The notes: generated from the letters alone by a model not told the origin. A stretch of 64,000 nucleotides of DNA from Promethearchaeia archaeon (GCA_029856045.1 JAHQWG010000012.1:1-64000); one strand, 5' to 3'. Counted from the first letter of the stretch, positions 36,758-47,595 are shown. Translations and numbers: made by a program.

Positions 36758-38176
36758 GTGGCTCAAGAAAAATATTATGAAGCACTTAAACAAATAAAAG
36801 ATACATTTATTAAATTATATGAAAAGGAACCAACTCCAGATGATGAAATTGAAGCTAAGGGAGAGCTTTTAAAACTTCTAAGGCAACTTTTAAATAATAT
36901 TTCTGGTTTTGAAGATAAAGAAGTATTAATACAAGATACCTTGAAAATAATTGAAAATTGGGACACACTTGATTTGTGGTTTAAAGAAGTAAATGGACTT
37001 TCTGAAAATATTAAAAAACTCATCGAATATAGGGAAAAATCAGAGATTCAAGAGAAAATAGAAGAATTAATTCAAGAATCTGATGAAGAAACCGAACCCA
37101 CACCAGAATTTGATATTAAAGAAACAATTTCTCAAGTATCTGATGATTTTAAGGGAGAAATTTCAAATTTAAAAAATTATATATCAGATTTAGAAAAAAA
37201 ATTAAGAGAAAAAGATACAGCATTAAAAGGTGGTAAAATAAAACCAAGTACCACATCACAATCTGAATTTCCAGTAACCAAAAAAGGAAAACCAAGATTA
37301 CAACCTCCAAAAGTTATTATCCCTAAAATTGGGGCTCCAATTATACAACGTAAAAAAGAATTAGCTCCTAAGAAGAAAGAAAAGGAAGAAATTATAGAAT
37401 TACAAAAAATAAAAGCTCCAAAAATGGAAATAGCCCCGGTTCCAAATGAGAAACCGAAGATAGGAATTGTATCGCCCAAAAAATCACATTTTACTCCTCT
37501 TCCAAAAAAAGAAATTAAAATTAGTGAAGAATCAGTTATTCAACCCACTGAAAAACCAATTTCAACAAAAAAACCTAAAATTAAACATGTTTCTGCCGAG
37601 GAAATTGAAGTAGTACCGAAAGAAGAAGAGAAATTAAAAGTATTACCGTTTTCAGATACAATATCTAGAACCGAAATAGGTTCAGCTAAAAAAATGAAAG
37701 TGTCTAATGTACCAGAGGGAGAAACAACACCTATTCCAAAAAAACCAAAAATCACTCCAGTTAAATTAGAAGTGACACCTGAAGATCAAATAGAAAAACA
37801 AAAGAGAATAAGTTCTAAAAAATTATATAATGTTTTTTCAAGTGCAGGTAGTGGAGAAACGAAATCTATCCAAAAAGAACAACAGAAAGTTATAGAATCT
37901 ACTCAAGAAACATTGACTTCTAGTAATATTATTGACACACAACAATTACAAGAAGGATCTTTCACGTATAATAAGGATAAATTATATCAAGATTTAATTG
38001 TTCTTGAGGGAAAGAGATTTTCAATCGAAAAAACTCAAAAAGAGTCAGAGTCAAAGTATAAAAAAGGGGAATTAGATGATCTTGCATATAAACGGGAGAT
38101 GGATAAAATAAGAGCTCATATGGGGGAAATTACTTCAAAGATTAATGAGATTAGAAAAGTAATACAAGGATTATAA
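36758..38176 (+). CDS. Hypothetical protein: helical N- and C-domains joined by a long P/K/E-rich disordered linker
   Basis: GTG after GGTGA; repeated KPK(I/L/M) motifs. Confidence 0.7.
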   Translation: MAQEKYYEALKQIKDTFIKLYEKEPTPDDEIEAKGELLKLLRQLLNNISGFEDKEVLIQDTLKIIENWDTLDLWFKEVNGLSENIKKLIEYREKSEIQEKIEELIQESDEETEPTPEFDIKETISQVSDDFKGEISNLKNYISDLEKKLREKDTALKGGKIKPSTTSQSEFPVTKKGKPRLQPPKVIIPKIGAPIIQRKKELAPKKKEKEEIIELQKIKAPKMEIAPVPNEKPKIGIVSPKKSHFTPLPKKEIKISEESVIQPTEKPISTKKPKIKHVSAEEIEVVPKEEEKLKVLPFSDTISRTEIGSAKKMKVSNVPEGETTPIPKKPKITPVKLEVTPEDQIEKQKRISSKKLYNVFSSAGSGETKSIQKEQQKVIESTQETLTSSNIIDTQQLQEGSFTYNKDKLYQDLIVLEGKRFSIEKTQKESESKYKKGELDDLAYKREMDKIRAHMGEITSKINEIRKVIQGL

Positions 38177-38177
38177 A

Positions 38178-38939
38178 TTATTCTTTAATTATTAATTTTG
38201 GAATTTCTTTTATTTTATGTTCAGAAGACTTCATCATTTTTTGAACTTTTACTAATTTATCTTGGTTTATATCGGTTAAATCTTTATTGTGATCTATTCT
38301 ATAGATTATTTCATCCAAATCATCATATGTAAGACCTATTTCTCCTTCATCGGTCTGTCCCTTCCATAAACCAGCTGATGGAGGTTTATTAATGATTGTT
38401 TCAGGGATTTTTAATTTTTTTGCTAATTTTCTTACTTCACATTTATATAAATCACCAATTGGAAGAAAATCAACACCTCCATCCCCATATTTTGTAAAAT
38501 ATCCTATAGCATCTTCAGTTCTATTCCCTGTTCCAACAACTAAATGATTTTCTAATGATTGTCCGATAAAATAGGCAGTTATCATTCTTAATCTTGGTTT
38601 GATATTGGCATTAGAAAGCATATTTCCCTTAATTTCCTTCTCTGTAACTTTAAGGAATTCTAAATAAATGGGAGTTAAATCAAAACGATAATGTTTAACT
38701 TCAAACATATCCAAAACTAGCTTTGCATCTATCTCATCTTGAGGTTGACTTTGACATGGTAAAATTAAAGCTGTTATTTTTTCTTTACCTAGAGCTTTAA
38801 CACATAATGTTAAGATAACGGCACTATCAACTCCTCCACTGACACAAACAATAACACCATCAGCGTTTGCGTTTTTTACATAATCTCGTATCCAATTTTG
38901 AATTTCTTGTATCGTTTTATCGATATTTATTTTTCTCAT
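38178..38939 (-). CDS. nadE: NH3-dependent NAD+ synthetase
   Basis: SGGVDSA, NIKPRLRM, GYFTKYGDGG, KPPSAGLW.GQTDE. Confidence 0.95.
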   Translation of the reverse strand: MRKINIDKTIQEIQNWIRDYVKNANADGVIVCVSGGVDSAVILTLCVKALGKEKITALILPCQSQPQDEIDAKLVLDMFEVKHYRFDLTPIYLEFLKVTEKEIKGNMLSNANIKPRLRMITAYFIGQSLENHLVVGTGNRTEDAIGYFTKYGDGGVDFLPIGDLYKCEVRKLAKKLKIPETIINKPPSAGLWKGQTDEGEIGLTYDDLDEIIYRIDHNKDLTDINQDKLVKVQKMMKSSEHKIKEIPKLIIKE

Positions 38940-39240
38940 AAACTAATCACTATTTAATTGAAATATAATTAATCCAATGAATGAATTACTATTTAATGAT
39001 TTTTCTAATAAGTCATTCAATTTATTCACAGTTTTTATTCTATATCAATTAAAATTTAATTTTAATTAAAAAATATTTTTTCGATTATATCGATTTTATT
39101 TAGTTAATATTATATTAGTAATTTTTAACAAATATCATAAGAGATTATAAATCAAAACAAATTTAAAATAAAATTTAGATTAAATATTTAAATTAATAAT
39201 TAAAAAATAATTTAATAGCATAAAATTATTGGTGTTAAAA

Positions 39241-39657
39241 ATGGATAACGAGATATTGAAAATTATAGATACTGCATTTGATATCAGAACTCCCTTTATT
39301 GTTTACACAAGTGATTATATTTATGGACTCGTTCCTTTAGATACTGAGGGAAAAAGATGGAAAGAAATTTCTTATATGTTCGAGGGGGAGAAAAACAATT
39401 TGGAAACACGAGAAATGGCAGCGGAACTTTCATTTCAATTCCTCTGCGAAGAGATTGAGAAAGGATTAAGCCACTATGTTGAAGATTTGAATGTTATTAA
39501 AATAAAAGAGTATATTGAATCCATAAAGGATAAATCTGGAGAGGAAAAAATACAAATAATTATTGATGAATTAATTGCTAAATCAACAAACTATTCAGCT
39601 TCAATGCCAATAATTAAATCAAAAGAAGAACTTCAAGTTTTAAAAGATAAAATCTAA
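39241..39657 (+). CDS. Hypothetical protein
   Basis: Acidic ORF; ATG at 39241 after GGTG. Confidence 0.6.
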   Translation: MDNEILKIIDTAFDIRTPFIVYTSDYIYGLVPLDTEGKRWKEISYMFEGEKNNLETREMAAELSFQFLCEEIEKGLSHYVEDLNVIKIKEYIESIKDKSGEEKIQIIIDELIAKSTNYSASMPIIKSKEELQVLKDKI

Positions 39658-40124
39658 ATATAAAGATTTTTTCGCTGGGGGTATCTTTTTGAAAATTCTC
39701 CATCTACTTTTCTAGCTAATGATTGGGCTAGATTCTTTTTTTTCTCAGTAATTTTATCTTTTAAAAATTTTCCTTTTTGCTGAGAGAATCTTTCTATTCC
39801 AGAAGTGATTATCGCATTATTTGAAGATACAGGTACAATAAATCCAAATAATCTCAACATTTCATCAGGTGTCAATTTTTTACCTATTTCCTTATTGATC
39901 TCATCATCAAGATGTCGGACTACAGATCCATAAGAAATTGCTGAAAAAGGATTAATTGTTTTTGATTTTAACCAAAAAGTATTTGGAGGTTGTGTTATAA
40001 AGGTTTCTTGATTTCCATATTTATCTCTACAACCAGTAACTTTCCAATCTTCAGGATCTTTATCATATTTTCTCTTAATTTTTTTGATAATCTCCTTAAC
40101 TGGTTTTATTTCATCGTCATCCAT
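39654..40124 (-). CDS. Hypothetical protein
   Basis: 156-aa ORF with DPEDW motif; convergent 4-nt overlap with neighbour. Confidence 0.6.
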   Translation of the reverse strand: MDDDEIKPVKEIIKKIKRKYDKDPEDWKVTGCRDKYGNQETFITQPPNTFWLKSKTINPFSAISYGSVVRHLDDEINKEIGKKLTPDEMLRLFGFIVPVSSNNAIITSGIERFSQQKGKFLKDKITEKKKNLAQSLARKVDGEFSKRYPQRKNLYI

Positions 40125-40226
40125 TACTTATTCCCATAAAATAAAAGTAAAATAAAATATAAAAAGATATATATATTATTTGTAGAATTTGGGTTTATTC
40201 TGCATTAAACGGTTTTCCTTCCACGA

Positions 40227-41501
40227 CTACACGGTTTCCAATTCAATTCCCTTAGTTTCTTTGATATACCGATATATTAATGGGATATTGATTAAAAGTA
40301 GAAGGCTTATAATTAAAAACGATATTCCTAAACCAAAAATCAAATTTAAGACCGAATTTAATAGCAATCCACAAGTAATGCCTATAGCTGAAATTATTGA
40401 TCTCCATCCTGTTCCTGTTCCTCTGATGTCGGTTGGAAGTATTTCAATTGAAACCAAACGATTTACGATTCCTAATCCATAAAATGTTATTGTTGCTAAT
40501 CCTGCACCTATACACGCTGCAATTAATGCTAAATCTGATGATTGAACTCCAATAATGACAATAAAAATTGCTATTGGCGTTAATATAGTATAGATATAAA
40601 ATAATGGCTTTCTTCCTACTTTATCCGCAAAAACACCTGTTATTAAATAACCGCATATCGCAGATACACTCATTATGGTTACAACTATATTTACATCACT
40701 TTCGTCCAAATTTACATTATTGGCTAAAAAACTCTCTCCCATTTGAATAAAGATATAATTTAATCCAGAAATAAATGCCATTATTAAAATTGGAATATAT
40801 TGCCTTCTATATTGTTTATCAAATGGTTTCTTTAAGTTAATAAATGGAGATTGCTTTACAAAATCATCTGATTTTCTCATCTCTTTTAATTCTTTGAACT
40901 TTGATGTTTCTTTAATTCCGATCATTAAAAAGGAAATTGGTATGGCTAGAAATGCAAAAATTGTCATATTTCTCCAAGCAGATACGGGTGATGTTTCAGT
41001 TATGAAAATGGAACGGAATGTAGGAACTAAGATTGCACCTATGCAGCCAACAACGAGGATTAAATTTAAGTATAATCCACGGTGTTCTTTTGGACTTTCT
41101 TCTGAAATGTATATGGTCCATATATCACTTGAAAAAAATACATATAGAAAGAATAAAGAAGATGTATATTGGATTAAATCTGCTGTAAAAAAAATGAATA
41201 AGGACGCAAGTCCCATACCAAGCACCGTAATAAAAAGCATTATTCTCCGTCCTATAAGATCCGCAAGAAATTGATTAATTACAACAAAATACATACCAAT
41301 ACTTGCTACAGCAATAGCTAATGACATAATAGAATCAGCGATTACTTGAGTCTCATGAGCCAAAAATTCATCTTGTACTTTAGAAACAATCACATTTGGG
41401 AAAAGTGTGGTGTATGTATCAAATATCTCAACGAAACTTAAAAAAATAACAAGAAAAATAAGATATCCAAATAATTTTCTTCCAGATTTTTCTTCACTCA
41501 T
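40227..41501 (-). CDS. MFS transporter
   Basis: About 12 TM; ADLIGRR, ADKVGRK, E..P..RG, KET. Confidence 0.9.
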   Translation of the reverse strand: MSEEKSGRKLFGYLIFLVIFLSFVEIFDTYTTLFPNVIVSKVQDEFLAHETQVIADSIMSLAIAVASIGMYFVVINQFLADLIGRRIMLFITVLGMGLASLFIFFTADLIQYTSSLFFLYVFFSSDIWTIYISEESPKEHRGLYLNLILVVGCIGAILVPTFRSIFITETSPVSAWRNMTIFAFLAIPISFLMIGIKETSKFKELKEMRKSDDFVKQSPFINLKKPFDKQYRRQYIPILIMAFISGLNYIFIQMGESFLANNVNLDESDVNIVVTIMSVSAICGYLITGVFADKVGRKPLFYIYTILTPIAIFIVIIGVQSSDLALIAACIGAGLATITFYGLGIVNRLVSIEILPTDIRGTGTGWRSIISAIGITCGLLLNSVLNLIFGLGISFLIISLLLLINIPLIYRYIKETKGIELETV

Positions 41502-41573
41502 AATATTAAACCTATAAATTATATATTGTATTAAATCAAAAGATATAAATAATTTTCTTATGAAAAAAATTAA

Positions 41574-42341
41574 TTATTCTAATCCTTGACAAAAAGATAC
41601 TACATTTATACCTAAATGTTCATAATAATAACCGCCTTCAAGTATAGCAAATCGCCTTCCCTCACATAATTTCAAAGCATATTCCTTCATCAATTGTCCA
41701 AGTGTATTATAATCGTCTGTGGTTAATTTCCCACCCCAATCTAACTCATACTCATCAAAACCGGCACTGGCGGCAATGATATCAATATTACTTAATGATT
41801 CAAAAGTTTCTTCTACTTCCTTAATATAATTTGCTCGTCCGCTAGATCTTGGATTTAAGATTTGAACCTTTGAATTTTGCCCAATAATGTTAATATTTCC
41901 ATCTCCTGTGTGTAAATCAAAATCCAAGATGAAAGCACTTTCTATTTTTTTCTCTGCAATCAATTTTAATAATGCGATACTCATATTATTAAAAAAACAG
42001 AAACCCCAACATGAATCTGCAGATGCATGATGACCCGGGGGTCTAATCACACCAAATGCAGCTTCTTTATTATTATAAGCAATTTCTGCGGTTTTAATCG
42101 CACCACCAGCTGCAAGACTGGCGATATAATGTAAGTTTTTGTCGCTCTTGATATGTTTTACATGTCTTTCAGTGTGAGCTCTTAGAATATCTTCTTCACT
42201 TGCTGGTTCAGGCTTTATTATCTCATAGTCTGTTTTTTCTTTTATTTCTTTAATAATTGGTATAAACCTGCCCGAAGATGCAGCTGGATCAGATGAGTAT
42301 CCCGCATAATTTACATAATCTTCATGATAAATTATTTTCAT
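41574..42341 (-). CDS. Histone deacetylase/AcuC family Zn-dependent deacetylase
   Basis: RPPGHH, GFCFFNN, DFDLHTGDG, SAGFD, LEGGY. Confidence 0.9.
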   Translation of the reverse strand: MKIIYHEDYVNYAGYSSDPAASSGRFIPIIKEIKEKTDYEIIKPEPASEEDILRAHTERHVKHIKSDKNLHYIASLAAGGAIKTAEIAYNNKEAAFGVIRPPGHHASADSCWGFCFFNNMSIALLKLIAEKKIESAFILDFDLHTGDGNINIIGQNSKVQILNPRSSGRANYIKEVEETFESLSNIDIIAASAGFDEYELDWGGKLTTDDYNTLGQLMKEYALKLCEGRRFAILEGGYYYEHLGINVVSFCQGLE

Positions 42342-42599
42342 TTTTTTTTTCAACGATTTGATTTTTTTTTTTATCTTTTAAATTTTTTAAGAATTTTAAA
42401 TAATTACTTATTCGAATATAGGTTATCAATTTTATTAAAATCTATTAATATTATTTAATATTTTTAATAAAATAGAGTATTATATTGGTTCTAAGGTTTT
42501 AAAAAATATTTTTAACTATGATAAATTCTCTAAAAAATGTAAGGCAACTTATTTCCAATATAAAAATTAGCTAAAGTATGATAATTTAAAAAAAATATA

Positions 42600-45500
42600 T
42601 TAAATCTTAACTTGATAAATTTCTTTAAAAAATTCAATTTGAGAAACTACTTCTGATATTATTAAATCTCTTTCTTCGTCTGTTATATTAAACAAATCAA
42701 ATATTTGGGTATCAATCTCCTTAAATAATGGATAAATTTCATTATTTATTTTATTATCATTATTTTTTAAATATTGATTAATTTCATCCACATTTAAGAT
42801 AATTTTATTTAAAACGTCCTCATTTGGTTTAAGAATAGGAAGATGTCTAATCATATATTGATTTAAATTGATTGTTGTATCGCTCTGATTATTAATCGCT
42901 TTGATACAATAAAATTGAATCAATGCTGAATTAATAATTGCAGATAAGTATTTTAATTCATTCTCGTCCTCATGAAGTAAAGAATAAATCGAAGATGTAA
43001 AACATACATTATCTTCTGTATATAAAGATTCAGGAATTATACTATTATGTTTAATTAATAGTTTTGGATTTTTATAGTATTCATAATTATCTCCTTTTAA
43101 AATGCTTGATGATATTTCTTCAATGTTAAAAGATTTATTTTTTTTAAAATAATAATATCTCATATCTTCTTTAGCATTGATAAAAATACAGTTACCATCT
43201 GAATTATCACCAAGTTTCTTTTTTACTTCAATTAACCCTATTTCTTCTTCACCTCGAACCATTTTTGGAAAATCTTTAGTGTTTAGATAATTCAGATTTC
43301 CTGTTTTTTCAATTTTATTTATTAAACTGAATATTTCAATTGATGGTTTTATTCTAATTCTATTTAAGGGTGATGTATCTCCAGTACATATTGGACATTT
43401 TTCATTAAATGTATAATAATAAAAACTAGCATTTCCATCATAATAACTACAATTTTGATTATTACATATTTTTATTCGATCTATTTTATTAGATGCATCT
43501 ATATCTTCCTTCAAACCATATTCAATTCTTAATTTGTTTTCAAACAAATCCTTTACCTTTAATATTTCAGAATATTTTGGATCTGTATGAAAAAAAGTAA
43601 TTTGTACTTCATTTGTAGCCCCCTGAAATTGTCCAGAGCCTATATCAGTTATTTCATAGATTCCTACGTTTTTTAATAGAGTATTTCGAATATCTAAATA
43701 TTTTTGCCTTAATAAATAAGATTTTGGTGTAAGAATTCCAGCATATTGAAAAGAAATTTCCTTTCGTGCAAGTTTATATAAAAAATTTATATATATATCT
43801 TCAGTTATTTTATCTTTTGTTTTTAAAATTTTTTTAGCTAATGGGTTTAAAATATTTCCATAAGGAGGATTTGCTATAATAATATTAAATCCTTTTGTAT
43901 TAATAAAATCCGAGAATTCCATTGACCAATGAAAACATTTCAGATTTTTTAATTCTGATTCATTTATAAAAAATTTTATGCGAATTTCCTTAATTAAATT
44001 TTCATTAATACAACTTATAATTTTTTTATAAATGTTTAGTGGATCTTGAGGTTTAAATTTATGATTATGTTCGGGTTGAAATACAATATTAGAGAGAGAA
44101 ATGGAATTTTTTCTAAATGTAATTCCTTTAATTTCTTTCCCAAAATCATCAAATTTAATCTGATTTTTAAGTTCATCGGTAAAAACCAAATTATCATTTA
44201 ATTTTATTAGAATTGATTCCACATAATTTAAATTTAAATCATAAAATTCTTTAGGTTTTACAATAAGTTCCTTACAAATTATTTTTTGCCTTTGATATTC
44301 TTTAAGTAATAATTTATCAAAATTTTTATTATAATTATTAGTTAATTCTATTATTTCAGATCGTAATTGATTTCTTTTTATTGTATCTCTTTCTTTATAA
44401 TATTCTTTTATTTTTTTATTTCTTTCTAATAACATTTGGGATAATGACTCTTTCTTCTTTCCAGCCCATTCACTAATTGGGGTAAACTCAATTTTATACC
44501 CCGTTTTTTTATCTACAGTATCAATTTTTGTAACACCTTTTGTATAGCCAAATAGACTATTACCCGCTCTTATATTATAATCAATATTGGGTAATGGCTC
44601 TATTTCAATATTCAATGTATCTAAATTTGAGGGGGGTTGAACGATCCATAACCATAATCTTAATTCACATATTTCAACTGCGGATGAATTAATATCAACT
44701 CCATATAAATTATTTTGAACGACATAACTCTTTAAATCATATAAGTCTTTAAATGGTCGTTTATCTTTATCAATTGATTCTGTGGATTTATAGGGTAATT
44801 CATTCAATCCAATATTTTTAATAAAAAAGTTATAAATTTTTACAATTAATTCCGCCATACTAACTAAAAACGCTCCTGAACCTACTGCTGGGTCACATAC
44901 TTTAAGATCTTTGAGAATTTTAATTGCATATTCAAAAATTTTGGTTTTTGTTTCAAGCGGATACATTTTTATTTGTTGAATCGTTTCTAGTTGCCATGGT
45001 AAAAGCTCTTTTAATCCCTGATTAATATTATCGAGAAGATATCTTTCCAGAGTATTTTTTGAGATATAATTAGTAATTATTGATCGAGTGTAATAAGTTC
45101 CAGTTTTTTTTCGATAATCTCCTATAGATTTTTCAAATATGTATCCTAGAATATTCGGGTTAATTGAATTATTATTTTCAGTGTCCTCATCATTCAGGTT
45201 TAAAGTAAAATTATATTTTTTTAAAAATTTCCAAATGTCAATAATTGCTTCAGAATTTAATGAGATATTGGGATTATTTTCTTCAATTTCAGAAATTCTA
45301 AATAGACCACCATTTAAATATGGTAAATCTTTAAATCTTTCCAATATGTCTATTCTCTTGCCATCATTATTAAAAACATTAAAAAATAAACTTCTTAAGC
45401 TATTAAAATAATTTCTTTTATGCTCTAAATTAAAAATTTCTTGTATAGGATCAAATTTTAATAATTTCCAATCTAACAAAATTTTTATAAACATTATTCT

Positions 45501-46277
45501 AAAGAATATAGTTCTAAAAAATGTGATTTTCATCTGATTGAACTCTTGATCAGATGTATTAGTAGGTCTATTTAACCCTTGAATTAAAATTGTCTTATTT
45601 TTTAAATCTAATAATTTTCTTAATTTATTACTAAATTCAGCATAGAAAGCTCTTGTTATTTTTTCTCCTTTTTCATCTTCTAAATAGATCCTTTCTTGCC
45701 TAATTGCTACATCGCGAATAATTTCCAATATTTCAGCAGGAGTTTTTTTGACTGGTATCATATTATTTGATTTTTTATCATAGATTAATAGATACCATTC
45801 ATTAAAATTTGTAACAACTGCATTATAGTCTTGTTCCAGTCCAACACAAAAATGAAACCACTCTATCGCTTGTTCAATGCCTTCTTTATTCCCTAATTTA
45901 GTTAGATCTTTATTTAAACTTTCAATTTCAAAAAGTAATGATTTTCCTTCTCCTTTATTAATGATTCCAAAATCAGGGTAACGATTAAATGAACGACCTC
46001 CAAATGAAGTTGCCATTATTCTAATCTGGGGTACGATTAAATCATCCATTACTCCCATTTTATAAAATAATTTTTTAATATAACTTTCAGTTATAGCTTC
46101 AGGTTTAGCACCTTGAGTTGAAGGTAGCGGTTTTATATGATAAGAACTAAGAACCAATCGAGTTTCTGTTTTATAATGTGAAAAAAATAATTTTTCCTTT
46201 AATTGTTCATCGTCAACAATGATATTTATAAAATCATTCTTTATTTGCTCATATATATCTTGAAAATTCATCTTCAC
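42600..46277 (-). CDS. Type IIG restriction-modification enzyme (Eco57I/TaqI-like N6-adenine MTase + nuclease + TRD)
   Basis: PDF...FEIE, TNF.EW, PYLNGGLF, ILGYIFE, GTYYT, DPAVGSGAF, YGVDIN, NPPY, TaqI-C-like end. Confidence 0.88.
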   Translation of the reverse strand: MKMNFQDIYEQIKNDFINIIVDDEQLKEKLFFSHYKTETRLVLSSYHIKPLPSTQGAKPEAITESYIKKLFYKMGVMDDLIVPQIRIMATSFGGRSFNRYPDFGIINKGEGKSLLFEIESLNKDLTKLGNKEGIEQAIEWFHFCVGLEQDYNAVVTNFNEWYLLIYDKKSNNMIPVKKTPAEILEIIRDVAIRQERIYLEDEKGEKITRAFYAEFSNKLRKLLDLKNKTILIQGLNRPTNTSDQEFNQMKITFFRTIFFRIMFIKILLDWKLLKFDPIQEIFNLEHKRNYFNSLRSLFFNVFNNDGKRIDILERFKDLPYLNGGLFRISEIEENNPNISLNSEAIIDIWKFLKKYNFTLNLNDEDTENNNSINPNILGYIFEKSIGDYRKKTGTYYTRSIITNYISKNTLERYLLDNINQGLKELLPWQLETIQQIKMYPLETKTKIFEYAIKILKDLKVCDPAVGSGAFLVSMAELIVKIYNFFIKNIGLNELPYKSTESIDKDKRPFKDLYDLKSYVVQNNLYGVDINSSAVEICELRLWLWIVQPPSNLDTLNIEIEPLPNIDYNIRAGNSLFGYTKGVTKIDTVDKKTGYKIEFTPISEWAGKKKESLSQMLLERNKKIKEYYKERDTIKRNQLRSEIIELTNNYNKNFDKLLLKEYQRQKIICKELIVKPKEFYDLNLNYVESILIKLNDNLVFTDELKNQIKFDDFGKEIKGITFRKNSISLSNIVFQPEHNHKFKPQDPLNIYKKIISCINENLIKEIRIKFFINESELKNLKCFHWSMEFSDFINTKGFNIIIANPPYGNILNPLAKKILKTKDKITEDIYINFLYKLARKEISFQYAGILTPKSYLLRQKYLDIRNTLLKNVGIYEITDIGSGQFQGATNEVQITFFHTDPKYSEILKVKDLFENKLRIEYGLKEDIDASNKIDRIKICNNQNCSYYDGNASFYYYTFNEKCPICTGDTSPLNRIRIKPSIEIFSLINKIEKTGNLNYLNTKDFPKMVRGEEEIGLIEVKKKLGDNSDGNCIFINAKEDMRYYYFKKNKSFNIEEISSSILKGDNYEYYKNPKLLIKHNSIIPESLYTEDNVCFTSSIYSLLHEDENELKYLSAIINSALIQFYCIKAINNQSDTTINLNQYMIRHLPILKPNEDVLNKIILNVDEINQYLKNNDNKINNEIYPLFKEIDTQIFDLFNITDEERDLIISEVVSQIEFFKEIYQVKI

Positions 46278-46411
46278 TATTTGTAATTAAATATTATTCA
46301 TCTATAGAGAGGATTTTTAAATTTATAACATTAACTGAAAACTATGACATTTAAATTATTTGCCGACTTGAATAGTGATTATCCCTTATAGAATAATGTC
46401 GGTATAAATGA

Positions 46412-46740
46412 TTACTCTAGTAATAGCAATTGATAATATGCTTGTTGTGCGAGTTGAGGAAAAATGGAACAAAAATTAATGTGATTTGTTATAGTAAAAA
46501 TACGGGATTTTCCAATCTCATCGGGGCGAGCGATTCTATAAGATATATTTATTTTTAGAAGAATAAATATTAAGATCATGAATCTACGTTTTGAGACAAT
46601 CTCAATACCTCGTACATTTGCACGCCTTGCATAATAGACAACTATATTATGAGAAAATTATCATTCAATTTCGGTTCTAATTTTCATGAACATAAGTATT
46701 TACTCGTCTGTCCAATTTTTCGGAATATAATCTATCTTAA
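46412..46740 (-). pseudogene. Decayed C-terminal fragment of a DDE transposase (IS4/IS5/IS1182-like)
   Basis: Manual translation: KIDYIPKNWTDE*ILMFMKIRTEIE**FSHNIVVYYARRANVRGIEIV... resembles the RxxIERxFS...RG motif, with 3 in-frame stops. Confidence 0.55.
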
Positions 46741-47044
46741 AATTTAATCTATCAAAAAACTTAATAGCAAAAATTTATAAATTTAAGGGAAATTATATAA
46801 TAACCCTGACAATATCCAAAATGAGATAATTAAAGTTTATATCAGAATAAGATTATAAAATTTCAAAAATGAATTTAATTTCTTGTTTTAAAAAGATCCT
46901 CTATAAAAACTTTAAATAAAAATTTAAAATATTTTATTAAAGTTAAAAATTTGAATTTTCAAATTATATTAAAAATAGGAGAGAAATTTACCCCAAAAAA
47001 ATAGTAAATTAACAATAAAAAATCTTACTTTTATCTAATTCTAC

Positions 47045-47242
47045 TTAATAATTTAACTTAAAATTCTTATTCAATGGGACATTAAATCTTTTTGCATTCA
47101 TTAATGTTTTTCTAATTTCTTTACCACCGCATTCTGAAGAATCTTTAAATTTACAAGTTTCGCAATATTTTAATCCTTTCACTTGGATCCAAAAACATTC
47201 TTTATTACTTAGATTTATTTTTTTGATTATTATTTCTTTCAT
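47045..47242 (-). CDS. Small Cys-rich (putative metal-binding) protein
   Basis: CFWIQVKG...CETC...SECGG; ATG at 47242. Confidence 0.6.
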   Translation of the reverse strand: MKEIIIKKINLSNKECFWIQVKGLKYCETCKFKDSSECGGKEIRKTLMNAKRFNVPLNKNFKLNY

Positions 47243-47298
47243 TTTTTTATTGTGTTTTTTAATAAAAAATTCTAGGAGTTCTCTAATAAAAAAATAAA

Positions 47299-47595
47299 AT
47301 CTCATTTAATTTAGTAAATTTTTCAGAAGTAGTATGTAAATTTGATAATTTCCACGCTAAATTCTTTATTGAGTTAACTGATCTGATTACTTATCAAACT
47401 TATTTTAAGAACTTAAAAGAGTTACCTAGTTTATTAGATATTTTTAATGAGTATATAAAAAATTACACATTAAAGATAGAAAATTTAAAGAATCTCTCAA
47501 GGCTTAAAGAATTCATTGAGAATAGTAATATTTTCAAGTCTGTAAAAACCAAAATATATTTAAATCCTTGGATTCAAGAGATAAATAAGGTTTAA
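47299..47595 (+). CDS. Unannotated hypothetical protein lacking an ATG/GTG/TTG start
   Basis: Stop-free frame 47290..47595 (about 100 codons): ISFNLVNFSEVVCKFDNFHAKFF...YLNPWIQEINKV*. Confidence 0.45.
   Translation: MSFNLVNFSEVVCKFDNFHAKFFIELTDLITYQTYFKNLKELPSLLDIFNEYIKNYTLKIENLKNLSRLKEFIENSNIFKSVKTKIYLNPWIQEINKV

Noticed and set aside
41574-42341. HDAC-family enzyme as a dedicated histone-tail deacetylase
   Set aside because: The family is widespread in prokaryotes with small-molecule substrates, and it lies 22 kb from the histone gene with no linking evidence.
46655-46705. TGA in the transposase-like frame as Sec
   Set aside because: It is accompanied by TAA stops, is not a Cys position and has no SECIS; this is simple decay.
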